From a virus, in IMG/VR virus record IMGVR_UViG_3300028025_003852, positions 8,815-72,814 of that record: a stretch of DNA of 64,000 nucleotides. One strand, 5' to 3'. Every line of letters begins with the position of its first letter. Within the stretch, counting starts at the first letter, position 1. This document shows positions 1-9,047 of this stretch, piece after piece. Below the pieces are notes generated by a model. The model searched no databases and was not told the DNA's origin. It saw only the letters and a program-made list of their open reading frames with translations. The position numbers and the translations under genes are program-made.

Positions 1-201
1 AACTCTCCATTGAGTTGCAGGAAAACTGTCAATAATTGTTGGTGAAGAAATTGCACTCAAGGTGTGCTCATTGTTACCAAATGATCCAAGATCTGTGCTC
101 TGCTGAATCAGGGTGTCAATCAAATCAACATAGTCTGCACCAGTAGGAATATCTCCAGTTTCAAACTTTGATTTTAGTGTATTGATATCAATTCTAGCCA
201 T
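1..201 (-). CDS. Partial virion structural protein (MARIDINTLKSKFETGDIPT...), runs off window
   Basis: ATG at 201 preceded by TATACT (leaderless); open to position 1; in tail gene block. Confidence 0.6.
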   Translation of the reverse strand, partial: MARIDINTLKSKFETGDIPTGADYVDLIDTLIQQSTDLGSFGNNEHTLSAISSPTIIDSFPATQWRV

Positions 202-218
202 AGTAAAAGTATATCAGA

Positions 219-530
219 TTATAAGATTAAGTTATTGTATCCGATAACTGCAATACCAATAGGTGCCGCCGATCCAGCTGGGAAATTAGAAAATCCCAAT
301 GTCGTAAACCTTATTCTGAATGGAGATATTTCTTCAACAGAAGATTTGTGAGAAAGATCAGAAAGATCAAGTATTGGATAGCTTGTTGCCCCTAAAACTT
401 TTGAGGTATTGACAATGTCTGAAACTTCTGCCTTAGCCTGCAAATTATCAAAAGAGGCCCTTGCATAATTGACAGACTTAGCTCTACGTGCTATGCCAGA
501 ACCAGTGTCTATTATCTTTACAGTAGACAT
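219..530 (-). CDS. Hypothetical structural protein
   Basis: 103 aa ORF, start overlaps stop of upstream gene. Confidence 0.6.
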   Translation of the reverse strand: MSTVKIIDTGSGIARRAKSVNYARASFDNLQAKAEVSDIVNTSKVLGATSYPILDLSDLSHKSSVEEISPFRIRFTTLGFSNFPAGSAAPIGIAVIGYNNLIL

Positions 531-940
531 TATGACACCACTGAGTTAGTAACATCCTCTAGAATGATCATGCTACCCTGGGCAACTGTCCACACCCTTG
601 TGGCATCTGAAAGCTCAATATCAAAGATGTCTCCAGTTTGAAGAACCGTAGATTGTTGTGGGGTAAGCTTTACTGTAAATTCTCCAGGACCGTCTGCAGC
701 TGTTGCCTGTGGGAACAATGTCATACGCAAACTGGCGTTGTCTGTAATTGTTGGAGTTGTCTGGGCAACTGTTGGTCTCTTAATTTCCATCTCAATAGCC
801 CAGTTGGCAATAGTTAAAGGAGCCTTTGCATCGTCTGTAACATACACTCTAAATGAAGCAGAGTCTCCACGAACAACTGTCCATGTGATAAATGGTGGGG
901 TATTGCCAATAGAATACCCAGACCCTCTAGTAGTAGCCAT
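530..940 (-). CDS. Putative tail/baseplate-associated beta-sandwich protein; paralogue of 3947-4324
   Basis: WTVVRGD motif shared with 3947-4324; TATAAT a few nt before ATG. Confidence 0.6.
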   Translation of the reverse strand: MATTRGSGYSIGNTPPFITWTVVRGDSASFRVYVTDDAKAPLTIANWAIEMEIKRPTVAQTTPTITDNASLRMTLFPQATAADGPGEFTVKLTPQQSTVLQTGDIFDIELSDATRVWTVAQGSMIILEDVTNSVVS

Positions 941-971
941 GATTAAATTATACCATAACTAATTAATTGTA

Positions 972-1847
972 TTATGTAGAATTAACCCCAGTTATATCAA
1001 TTGCTACCCAAGATGTTCCGTTCCATCTTCTAACTTGTGTAATGTTTTGCCAAGCTGATCCGTCATATTTTCTAAGTTTACTTAAAACTGTAAAGCTTGG
1101 CCCCACATATCTTGTGATAGCGGTAATGAATACTGCTGTTGATGTGGCAGCTGAGCCAAATCCTGCAGTATTAAAAGCAAACATTCTAAACTGATGATAA
1201 CGTCCTGGTGTTAAGTTTGTATAGGTGTGAGAAAGGGTTGTTGTTGCTAGAACCTCAGTGCCTCCCCAAGCTCCCCAGGTTGTTCCATCAGTAGACTCTC
1301 TTCTTTGAACTCTGTAGTTAGCGATGGCAGCACCACCATCAGCTGCAGAATTAGTTCTTGTTACTGTAACACTTGTACCGTTTAAAGTTCTAGAAATGCT
1401 AGCTGGTGCTGATGGAACGGTAGTCCAGACCCAACTTCCAGACAGTCGGCCGAGGAATGCACCATAATCACCACCAGTATAGCCATCGTACCTATAATGT
1501 ATTACAGCATTTGTTGATACGTTGTCTCTGCGAAAAGTGGTTTCTGTTCCACCAGTTTTTGTTACTCTAACGGCGCAAGTTGTTGCTGGGTTTGTTGAAG
1601 AAAGTATGATTGCGCCTTCTCCGTGCAGGACATTTGCATAAACAATAGCCTTACTATTCGTGCCAGTTAGCCTATCTGGGCTAATAGAGGCAACCCTTAT
1701 AGCATAGTTACCGTCAATATTTACTCTTGCACCAGCTGCTGCATTTGGAAAGCCAACAAGTTCTTGTTGAATGAAATCGTTTGTGTCGAGGAAGAAAGAT
1801 GGTCCGAAGTTTCCAATTGCTCCACCAGGAAAATCAATAGTTGGCAT
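972..1847 (-). CDS. Minor tail protein with fibronectin type III domain
   Basis: VPSAP...DGGAAIANYRVQ...LTPGRYHQFRMFAFNTAGFG FN3 signature. Confidence 0.75.
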   Translation of the reverse strand: MPTIDFPGGAIGNFGPSFFLDTNDFIQQELVGFPNAAAGARVNIDGNYAIRVASISPDRLTGTNSKAIVYANVLHGEGAIILSSTNPATTCAVRVTKTGGTETTFRRDNVSTNAVIHYRYDGYTGGDYGAFLGRLSGSWVWTTVPSAPASISRTLNGTSVTVTRTNSAADGGAAIANYRVQRRESTDGTTWGAWGGTEVLATTTLSHTYTNLTPGRYHQFRMFAFNTAGFGSAATSTAVFITAITRYVGPSFTVLSKLRKYDGSAWQNITQVRRWNGTSWVAIDITGVNST

Positions 1848-1850
1848 CTG

Positions 1851-2450
1851 CTACCACATCCAAATGTCGCCAGCCTGCAGTCCTGGAGCAGTTGGTTGGG
1901 TTGCACCAATAAAAATTCTTCTGTATCCATCAAGATTGGTAAAATCTCCACCAGCAGCTTTGTACAGTAAAGCACTTCTTGCTACCGCAGCCGTTCCATA
2001 CAAAATAGCATTATAAGAAGTTGAAGCTAGAGTGTTGCCAGCACCTGTTAAAAGTATTGCACTAGCATTTCCATTTTCAAGAACCTTTGTTGATCCATTT
2101 TCGGCAAGCATATCTGCATTGATACCATTTGATGCTGTCAAAGATCCAGTTACATTTACTGAAGAAGAAAATGTAACGCTACCACTAAAAGTTACGGTAG
2201 CTGAAGAAACGCCTACAGTAGCACCAGAAAGAGTTAGTGCACCAGAAAGAGTTAGTGCACTAGATATCGTTTGAGCTGTTGCAGTAGTTTTTTTAACTGA
2301 ATCATTAAGGTACCAGCTTACGCTTGTGTGGTAATCCTCAAATGCCTTAACAATATCTGCATCATCATCAAGGGACGGGTTTGTTACAGTAAAAAGCGGA
2401 GGTATCCCTGGTGCTGCACCTGGAATTGTTGGGGTAAAGGGTTGTGTCAT
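1851..2450 (-). CDS. Tail fibre-like minor tail protein
   Basis: S/T/G-rich beta repeats (ALTLSG x2) and C-terminal P..GDIW motif. Confidence 0.6.
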   Translation of the reverse strand: MTQPFTPTIPGAAPGIPPLFTVTNPSLDDDADIVKAFEDYHTSVSWYLNDSVKKTTATAQTISSALTLSGALTLSGATVGVSSATVTFSGSVTFSSSVNVTGSLTASNGINADMLAENGSTKVLENGNASAILLTGAGNTLASTSYNAILYGTAAVARSALLYKAAGGDFTNLDGYRRIFIGATQPTAPGLQAGDIWMW

Positions 2451-2478
2451 AGTATCACCATTATGATTATATCATAGC

Positions 2479-3231
2479 CTAAGCTACTCCAAATCTTCCC
2501 TTCGTAGCGTTAAAGTTTTCCTGTATTTCTGAACTGCTGAGTGCCTTATTATAAACGTACAAAGCACCAATTCTAGATATTGGCTCACGAGATCCTGGTG
2601 TTTGACCAGAATTAATCTTTAGTATTGAGTTATTTGTTCCTGTGCTTGTTTCTGTATTTGCAAGAGAAATATACTCTGTGTTGTTTACGTAAACTTTGCT
2701 TGATGTGGTGCTTCTTCCATTAAATGCAATCACTGATGTAACTAGAATCCAAGTATTTGTAGTAATTGAAGAAGTAGAAAGAACGTAGTAATCATTTGAT
2801 GTACCGTCCATTTGAAGGGCAAGCTGACCTTCATTGCGAAGCTGTAGAGAATATCCTGCACCAGATGTATATTTTTCAAATATTCTATCTTTATCATTAA
2901 ATGAAGATACGTCAATCCATAGTTGTAGTGTAAACACTGTGTTTGGCTCGCCCCTAGTTACCGTTGAGTCTGGGACAGAAATAAAATCGTCAACTCCATC
3001 TAGAACAAATACACCATTATTGAATAGGCTATAGTCTGTGCCATTTTGCAAAATTGCTGGCGAACTGTTTCCCTTTAGATCAAACCAGGATGTTCCAGTA
3101 CCTGGATATGAATCGGGGTAGCTAGACTCGAAATGCGAAACTAGTCCAGACTGAACAATGTTTGCAGTAAAAGGCTCAACAGTTCCAGATCGCTTACCTG
3201 CTTGAAATGATCCTGTAAATGAACTAAGCAT
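2479..3231 (-). CDS. LamG/concanavalin A-like lectin domain protein
   Basis: SYPGTGTSWFDL, LDGVDDF, YNKALSSSEIQENFNA motifs typical of phage LamG proteins. Confidence 0.75.
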   Translation of the reverse strand: MLSSFTGSFQAGKRSGTVEPFTANIVQSGLVSHFESSYPDSYPGTGTSWFDLKGNSSPAILQNGTDYSLFNNGVFVLDGVDDFISVPDSTVTRGEPNTVFTLQLWIDVSSFNDKDRIFEKYTSGAGYSLQLRNEGQLALQMDGTSNDYYVLSTSSITTNTWILVTSVIAFNGRSTTSSKVYVNNTEYISLANTETSTGTNNSILKINSGQTPGSREPISRIGALYVYNKALSSSEIQENFNATKGRFGVA

Positions 3232-3947
3232 TATCCAAACGACACTAGCTGACCAAAGACAGCGTATGCCCCTCCATTATTCAAAATACTAAAGCTGACA
3301 ATGTCCTTCTTGTTAGCATTTCCAGGTGGGACGCTACCTCCCTGCCAGTTAATTGTTTGTGCTACACCAGCAATCTGAACAGCGGTAGGAATTCTTGCAG
3401 TACCACCCTGATTTAGAATTAGTGTTACCGTGGTTGCTGAACCTGCATCAAGTGCTAGGTTTGTAAGATTGACCGTAAAGTTTGCTGAAAGATTTGTGTG
3501 ATTAAAAATATGCCCTAAAGAACAGTTATGCACAACCACACCAGTAGCTCCAGTTACGCTTGTAAATGTTTCTGAAACTTTTTTAATTTTGAGAATGCTT
3601 GGATCTATCCAGGTTACTGCATAATCTGTTGGAGACTCTTTCCCTAAGTAGAAACCAGTGGTTCCTCCTGCTGGAACACCACTTCCGCTTGCTGCAACCA
3701 ATTGCCATACGGCTGATCCAACTTGTGGAATTTGTCCAACTGTACCAGTTGCATTACGATACCATGTTGAACCATTGTATGTAACAACATTACCAATTGG
3801 ATATGTGGCTGAATTATTATAAGGACCAGAAAAAGACCAGAGTGCATTTTGTCCTGCTGGTCCTGTTGGTCCTTGAACTCCTTGTGGTCCTGCTGCACCT
3901 GTTTGTCCAGCGGAACCTGGGAATGGAACAATTTTAATTGTTGGCAT
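3231..3947 (-). CDS. Collagen-repeat tail fibre protein with carbohydrate-binding-like module
   Basis: G-X-Y repeats (GQTGAAGPQGVQGPTGPAGQ) then YNNSATYPIGNVVTYNGSTW; start chosen at MPTIK, coupled to upstream stop. Confidence 0.7.
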   Translation of the reverse strand: MPTIKIVPFPGSAGQTGAAGPQGVQGPTGPAGQNALWSFSGPYNNSATYPIGNVVTYNGSTWYRNATGTVGQIPQVGSAVWQLVAASGSGVPAGGTTGFYLGKESPTDYAVTWIDPSILKIKKVSETFTSVTGATGVVVHNCSLGHIFNHTNLSANFTVNLTNLALDAGSATTVTLILNQGGTARIPTAVQIAGVAQTINWQGGSVPPGNANKKDIVSFSILNNGGAYAVFGQLVSFG

Positions 3948-4324
3948 TATAAACTTCCTCCTGTTACGTCTCCGATAACAGTGATTGTACCAATGACAGG
4001 TGTCCAAACAGTATCATCAATAGTTACCTGGAGATCAAAAGCTAATTCTGCGACTACTGCCTTGTATCCGATTCCCCAAAATTTTGTAATTTCTGCAGGT
4101 GCCGTAATTTCTACGTATCCACTTCCTGCAGATGTTTCAAGTTCGTCTAGAACATCTCCCTTAAAATCATATGCGTATGAAGCATATTCCCAAGTTGATG
4201 TAGAATATTTTGTTACTTCGTCATCCTGTAAAAACTCTACACGAAGTACAGCGGTGTCGCCTCGAACGACAGTCCATTTCATGTTATATGGATTTGCACC
4301 AAAAATATCAGCGACGGTAGTCAT
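3947..4324 (-). CDS. Putative tail/baseplate-associated protein; paralogue of 530-940
   Basis: WTVVRGD motif; TATAAT just upstream of MTTVAD start. Confidence 0.6.
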   Translation of the reverse strand: MTTVADIFGANPYNMKWTVVRGDTAVLRVEFLQDDEVTKYSTSTWEYASYAYDFKGDVLDELETSAGSGYVEITAPAEITKFWGIGYKAVVAELAFDLQVTIDDTVWTPVIGTITVIGDVTGGSL

Positions 4325-4351
4325 AGTAATTCTATTATACACCACTAATAG

Positions 4352-4401
4352 GACTGGCACCCGAAAATAGTGGGTATGAGAGACGTTCGAGTGCCAGCCA
4401 T
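4352..4401 (-). ncRNA. Candidate hairpin antisense sRNA
   Basis: TGT-TATAAT promoter at 4414-4406; 14-bp stem with 20-nt loop complementary to the start region of ORF 53949-54155. Confidence 0.5.
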
Positions 4402-4415
4402 AATTATTATAACAT

Positions 4416-4506
4416 ATTGTAACAATTTGATAACAAAAAAATAAAAATCATTGATATATCAACACTGTTATATAATCGTTACAACATTGTTATAGAAACG
4501 TTACCA
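4416..4506. promoter_or_regulatory. Array of GTTAC/GTAAC-type half-sites at 11-bp spacing (OmpR-family MtrA/GlnR-like boxes)
   Basis: GTAAC-N6-ATAAC at 4419; GTTAC-N6-GTTAT-N6-GTTAC at 4478. Confidence 0.4.
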
Positions 4507-4619
4507 AATACATGCTCGGGGTATGCTATGGTATATAAAGATAATAGATACTAAGAAAACTCTCTCTTAGAGATAGCTTCTCAATAAAAGAAAAACAATC
4601 CGAAGGATTAAGGATAAGT

Positions 4620-4937
4620 CTATTCTTTATTAGACTTATTGTTAGATACATAGCTTATAAACATTTCTGTAAGCCTATCTATTTTTCCATCTATCTTTTC
4701 GTGGAACTGTTCTCCACGTTCATTCTGCTCTTTTAGATGAATCACATCTGTTTCAAGTCTAGTAACCTGATCCTTTATTGATGATCCACCATTTGGCTTA
4801 AGTTCATGTCTGATCTCTTCAAACTGTTCTTTGGCAAATGCCTTAATGTAGAATCTAAGAATAGCGAATAGAATTCCAGCTACTGCTGAAACGCCAATTA
4901 TGATTGCTATAATAGCTTGCCACTCTTCAATTGTCAT
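4620..4937 (-). CDS. Membrane protein with coiled coil (holin-like)
   Basis: N-terminal TM helix, PNGGSSIKDQVTRLE motif common in actinophage lysis-region proteins. Confidence 0.6.
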   Translation of the reverse strand: MTIEEWQAIIAIIIGVSAVAGILFAILRFYIKAFAKEQFEEIRHELKPNGGSSIKDQVTRLETDVIHLKEQNERGEQFHEKIDGKIDRLTEMFISYVSNNKSNKE

Positions 4938-5218
4938 GATATATTAATTATATCCTGAGTTTTTAATAAAATTACTACATGTTGTATGAAACATTCCCTG
5001 GATACACAATATACTTAATTAATCGCTCTTAAATCGCGGCGTAAAATTCGGCGGCGTATAGAGATACCAAACACATACCAAATACCACTATCTAAATATG
5101 TGTGATATCCTGGATATAACCCAGTCAAGTGCTTTCGGAAACCAGCGTAGTTGGTTCTTTAAACCAGCACAAATTTTCTCCTTATGCAGATAGGGAGATT
5201 TTTTGTTATACTATATAT

Positions 5219-5428
5219 ATGGGAAAAGTTGGAGATGATGTAAGCATATGGGATTTGCTTGATCCTAATATGCCGAGAAGTACAAGAGAACTTATGGAAT
5301 CAAGATTGGCTATTTGTTATGAATGCCCTTTCTTTTTAAAAGGATCAAAGCGATGCTCCAAATGTGGATGTTTTATGAAGCTTAAGGTTTCTCTTGAACA
5401 GGCTAAGTGTCCTATGCATAAATGGTAA
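5219..5428 (+). CDS. Small zinc-binding protein
   Basis: C..C, C..CGC, CP..KW pattern; TATACT-N6-ATG gives a leaderless start at 5219. Confidence 0.65.
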   Translation: MGKVGDDVSIWDLLDPNMPRSTRELMESRLAICYECPFFLKGSKRCSKCGCFMKLKVSLEQAKCPMHKW

Positions 5429-5488
5429 TATATCCCTTTCAGGAGCAACTGCGTTGCTAATACCTCCGAAATTTGATACAATAGATCT

Positions 5489-5668
5489 ATGACATATTAT
5501 TCAGAAATCATCAATAAAGAAATGCTTGAACAAAACTTTGTTACTCAAAGAAAGACATCAAGACAGATTGCTCGTGAGTTTCACATCTCAAGAAGAATGG
5601 TTAATAAGTATCTTCTTGACTATGGATTTATTAATGTAAAAGATTTAGAAGATAATGATCTTCCCTAG
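5489..5668 (+). CDS. Small HTH DNA-binding protein (59 aa, below ORF track cut-off)
   Basis: KTSRQIAREFHISRRMVNKYL HTH; TG-A-TACAAT-N6-ATG. Confidence 0.6.
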   Translation: MTYYSEIINKEMLEQNFVTQRKTSRQIAREFHISRRMVNKYLLDYGFINVKDLEDNDLP

Positions 5669-6079
5669 CTACCCTCTGAGATTTGTAAAATGCTAGGAGA
5701 TATCTTTGGTGGCCTTGTTGCTATAGTAGCTATCTTTGCTTTGATTGTTTATCTATCAGGATTGTACTGATCCATACCCTGGACCTTCTGAAAAATTATT
5801 GTTTTTCGATTTGGACATTTTCTGAATATTTTGTATTTGTGAACGATACACACTTTACAGTAACAATTCAAGTAAATTAGTCCGCACACTGGTATCCGCC
5901 CTGCCTCAAAAAATATTCTAATCTATTTTTAGACTTATCGGCGTGTCGCATTGTCATTGTCCGTGGTGCATGATAGGTTATAGATAACAACAAAGAATGG
6001 ATAACAAAATGGAAACAGGTTGCTACTCAGAGTGTGAGTATGTGTGTGAGTGTGTGCAGTATAAGGTAGGTGCAAGCAA

Positions 6080-6217
6080 ATGAAGTGTGAAGTGTGTGAC
6101 TACTTTGACGCTAATGAAGTCATGGTATACAAGACAGAGATACTTAACTTATCTATGGTAGTCATGTGTGACTATTGCTTTCACGAGATATTGGAGATGA
6201 AGAATGAAACGGTCTAA
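6080..6217 (+). CDS. Small CxxC..CxxC zinc-finger early protein
   Basis: MKCEVCD...MCDYCF; overlaps neighbouring mini-ORFs 6009-6083 and 6204-6335. Confidence 0.5.
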   Translation: MKCEVCDYFDANEVMVYKTEILNLSMVVMCDYCFHEILEMKNETV

Positions 6218-6380
6218 GGCGTACTATGTAACAAGGGGTATTGCTAGGGCATTGACTCTATTGGTCAAAGCATCTTTGGTTGTTGGTGTAGTGTATGTGT
6301 TTGTGTTGTTGTATTGGGGAGCATTCTATCCCTAACGGCGTGTCGCCTTGACATACCCCCAGATCCAGGGCCGGGCGGCC

Positions 6381-6389
6381 TGTGGATAA
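6381..6389 (-). promoter_or_regulatory. DnaA box
   Basis: TGTGGATAA, perfect TTATCCACA on minus strand, directly after a junction repeat. Confidence 0.55.
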
Positions 6390-6480
6390 CTATGTTACCA
6401 TTTCGTTATAAGAAACACCCTATATGGGCTTTACATTGTCCGTGGTCTGTGATAGTCTGAAGACATAAGATAAAGAAACA

Positions 6481-6538
6481 GAGAGAGTGAGCCTAGCAAA
6501 TAAGGTCGCAAGACATGAGCCTAGCAAATAAATCTCTC
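6481..6538 (+). ncRNA. Candidate structured 5' leader with symmetric internal repeat
   Basis: GAGAGA/TCTCTC outer stem, two copies of TGAGCCTAGCAAATAA, GTC-GCAA-GAC hairpin between them. Confidence 0.5.
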
Positions 6539-6560
6539 AATAAAGAATAGGAAATAGAAA

Positions 6561-6755
6561 ATGACATTAGCAGAAACAGGAATCAAGCAAGACTTGACTA
6601 TCGGTAACGTGGTTGCCATTAGCCGTAAAGGTGTAATTCGTGCAAGCGGAATCATCGAATCAGTAAAGCAAATTAACCAAGACCGCTTTGACGTAACTTT
6701 CACTAACGGAAAGACTGAGTCAATGGTATGGGGAAAGACGCTCACCGTAGTTTGA
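6561..6755 (+). CDS. Small early protein, SH3/KOW-like
   Basis: 64 aa ORF downstream of promoter 6437. Confidence 0.6.
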   Translation: MTLAETGIKQDLTIGNVVAISRKGVIRASGIIESVKQINQDRFDVTFTNGKTESMVWGKTLTVV

Positions 6756-6802
6756 GTGTCAGACCCTCATGTTAGAATAAAAACAACAAGAAAGGAAAAC
6801 TA

Positions 6803-6946
6803 ATGTATATTGTAGAAGTAATCAAGAAGGGAGTCGGAGTCGTTGAGACTTTCGGCTCACGGTCTAAGGCAGAAGCAGAAGCACAAAAGAACGCTTATGC
6901 TCTCATGTATCCTGACCATGTAGTAATGATTGAATGGAGTAACTAA
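6803..6946 (+). CDS. Small early hypothetical protein
   Basis: GAAAGGA RBS and own promoter at 6757. Confidence 0.6.
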   Translation: MYIVEVIKKGVGVVETFGSRSKAEAEAQKNAYALMYPDHVVMIEWSN

Positions 6947-7000
6947 CGGCGTGTCGGCTTGACATACCCTGGCAATCGGGGGCCGGGCGATCCGGCCGCC

Positions 7001-7009
7001 TGTGGATAA
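7001..7009 (-). promoter_or_regulatory. DnaA box
   Basis: TGTGGATAA in the same context as 6381. Confidence 0.55.
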
Positions 7010-7112
7010 CTATTTACGAGAATTATTCTACGAGGCGGAAAACTATGCCCTAAAAACTTTTCACTGTCCGTCGCCCATGTTAGAATGAAGACGTAAAGAA
7101 AGGTAAACTAAA

Positions 7113-7292
7113 ATGGAAATCAAAGAAATCAGAAAGAACGGAATCGGAAACGGTTTCTCAGTAATCAACCCTCAAGATGGGTTCCGCAAGGATAACACCA
7201 TCTGGAATGGCACTTGCTCAGAGTGTGGTGAACGAGTGTATAACTCAGTAATGACTAAGTATGAGTGGAAACACCAGACCAAGTGTGTTTGA
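7113..7292 (+). CDS. Small early protein, putative metal-binding (CxxC, H..C)
   Basis: GAAAGG RBS, promoter at 7065. Confidence 0.6.
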   Translation: MEIKEIRKNGIGNGFSVINPQDGFRKDNTIWNGTCSECGERVYNSVMTKYEWKHQTKCV

Positions 7293-7341
7293 CTGTCTGA
7301 GGCTACTGCTAAAATAAAGACATAAAGAAAGGATAACTAAA

Positions 7342-7464
7342 ATGAAAGAATGTTTCTTGTGTGATGAGGGCACTACTGCCACTACTGTATCACCATACAA
7401 CTACCCCGTTTGTGCTAGCCACTACAGCGAAGACATCCGTGAATTCGCTACCGACTACTCATAG
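7342..7464 (+). CDS. Small early protein, CxxC/CxxH
   Basis: GAAAGGA RBS, promoter at 7294. Confidence 0.55.
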   Translation: MKECFLCDEGTTATTVSPYNYPVCASHYSEDIREFATDYS

Positions 7465-7495
7465 ACAATAACCAACAACGAAAGGTAAAACTAAA

Positions 7496-7657
7496 ATGAC
7501 AAATCACGAACGTATCTCTGGAATCTTAGAGACAATTCGAATTGCAAAGGGTGCAGAGTCTCACTCTGACGTTATGCCCTATGTGATAGGCATGATGACC
7601 GCCGTCCTCAACGACTCACAGCTTGAGGCTATGGAAGAGGTAGCCAAGCAATACTAA
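7496..7657 (+). CDS. Small early hypothetical protein
   Basis: GAAAGG RBS; ends just before a junction repeat. Confidence 0.55.
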   Translation: MTNHERISGILETIRIAKGAESHSDVMPYVIGMMTAVLNDSQLEAMEEVAKQY

Positions 7658-7810
7658 CATATTCCAGAAATGGAATGTGGGGCCGGTTGATCCGGCCGCC
7701 CCTCTTCCTATTTACGAAGGCTATTAAAAACCCTGGACTTTTGACCGCTGGACTTTTCACTGTCCGACGTATCTGTTATTCTTGTATTACAAACAACGAA
7801 AGGATAACTA

Positions 7811-7999
7811 ATGCGATTCGACCCTATTTTTGGTGAGGCTAACGAGATTGTTGGCTACCTCGACGACATGGGCAACGAGTGGACTGTCGAGCAGGTCGAG
7901 GACTACTGGGATGTCTCGGGCAACGAGCCTGACGGCATGTGGCTTGATGAGGACGCTCTCAACTCTATCGGCTGGGGTAGCGACGAGGCTTACTTCTAA
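7811..7999 (+). CDS. Small, highly acidic early protein
   Basis: GAAAGGA RBS; D/E-rich with a single basic residue. Confidence 0.65.
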   Translation: MRFDPIFGEANEIVGYLDDMGNEWTVEQVEDYWDVSGNEPDGMWLDEDALNSIGWGSDEAYF

Positions 8000-8113
8000 A
8001 CTACCCAAAGGGGGGCCGGGGGCCGTTATCAAATCGTTACATTGGATTACGTACATTACGTTTTCACTGTCAGTCGCTCGTGTTATTCTTGTATTACAAC
8101 GAAAGGAAAACTA

Positions 8114-8281
8114 ATGGACAAGCAAATACTGGTATCGGTTTGGGTGCTCAATCAGTGGGCAGAAAACGCTCGTGTTGAGCAGGAGTACTGGATTGAGAAC
8201 AACAACGACGGATTGGCAGGCTACTTCGGTGGTCGGGCTGCTGCCTATGAGTTTTTACTCGCTGAGTATGCCAAAGACTAG
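8114..8281 (+). CDS. Small early hypothetical protein
   Basis: GAAAGGA RBS before MDKQ; promoter at 8068. Confidence 0.6.
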   Translation: MDKQILVSVWVLNQWAENARVEQEYWIENNNDGLAGYFGGRAAAYEFLLAEYAKD

Positions 8282-8335
8282 TGTCATAGGCTACTGCTAA
8301 ACTAAAACTAACAACAACGAAAAGGACACAATAAA

Positions 8336-8521
8336 ATGATGACACGCAAAGACTATGTTTCAACTGCTAAGATTCTCAATGACCTTTGGCTTGATTTGCC
8401 AATCAGTAACATTGACCTGTTTGAGGATACCGTTATGGCTTTCTCTAAAATGTTTGCAGAAGATAACGAACGATTCGACCACAAGATTTTTTATAACGCT
8501 TGTTTCAAGGAGGAATACTAA
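8336..8521 (+). CDS. Small conserved phage protein (MTRKDY...DNERFD..F..AC)
   Basis: RBS, promoter at 8282; motif familiar from phage early regions. Confidence 0.65.
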   Translation: MMTRKDYVSTAKILNDLWLDLPISNIDLFEDTVMAFSKMFAEDNERFDHKIFYNACFKEEY

Positions 8522-8737
8522 TGAACCTGGTACCATTGTTTGCTGTAATGTTTGGGCTACTCGTAATCAATACCGTGATTATTTTGTACCTGTTGGCTAA
8601 ATACAAAGAAGCCAAGCATGAGGCACAGATAAACCGACCACCCTTCTAGGAGGGCCGGACGATCTTCGTTATAAAGTTGTTACGAAGACCTTACGAAACG
8701 CCCTGGAAATGTCCGAGGTATCTGCTAAGATTAGTAT

Positions 8738-8905
8738 ATGAAGAAAAAGACCAAGCACAAAGCAACAGAAAACAAAGCCTACATCGAGGCTATGCGTGAG
8801 TTGCGTCGCTCCAATGCGGCTACTGCCCATGACAACCGACCTAACCGTCAACGCACTCGTGGTGCAGTCAAGGCTCATGCTATTGGAGAATACAAGGCTC
8901 TGTAA
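8738..8905 (+). CDS. Small basic protein (ELRRSNAA motif), leaderless, stop inside tRNA-Asp
   Basis: TAAGAT-N6-ATG; 55 aa. Confidence 0.6.
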   Translation: MKKKTKHKATENKAYIEAMRELRRSNAATAHDNRPNRQRTRGAVKAHAIGEYKAL

Positions 8906-8971
8906 CTCAGTGGTTAGAGTGCCACCCTGTCACGGTGGAAGTCGCCAGTTCAAGTCTGGTCAGAGTCGCCA
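8896..8971 (+). tRNA. tRNA-Asp(GTC)
   Basis: Cloverleaf GGCTCTG/CAGAGTC, anticodon loop CTGTCAC, TTCAAGT T-loop, encoded CCA. Confidence 0.92.
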
Positions 8972-8972
8972 A

Positions 8973-9047
8973 TCCCCTTTAGCTCAACGGCAGAGCAACG
9001 AGCTGTTAACTCGTAGGTTCTTGGTTCGAATCCAAGAGGGGGAGCCA
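8973..9047 (+). tRNA. tRNA-Asn(GTT)
   Basis: Cloverleaf TCCCCTT/AGGGGGA, anticodon loop CTGTTAA, GGTTCGAATCC, encoded CCA. Confidence 0.92.

Noticed and set aside
2221-2260. 18-bp tandem repeat
   Set aside because: In-frame ALTLSG beta-repeat of a tail fibre protein
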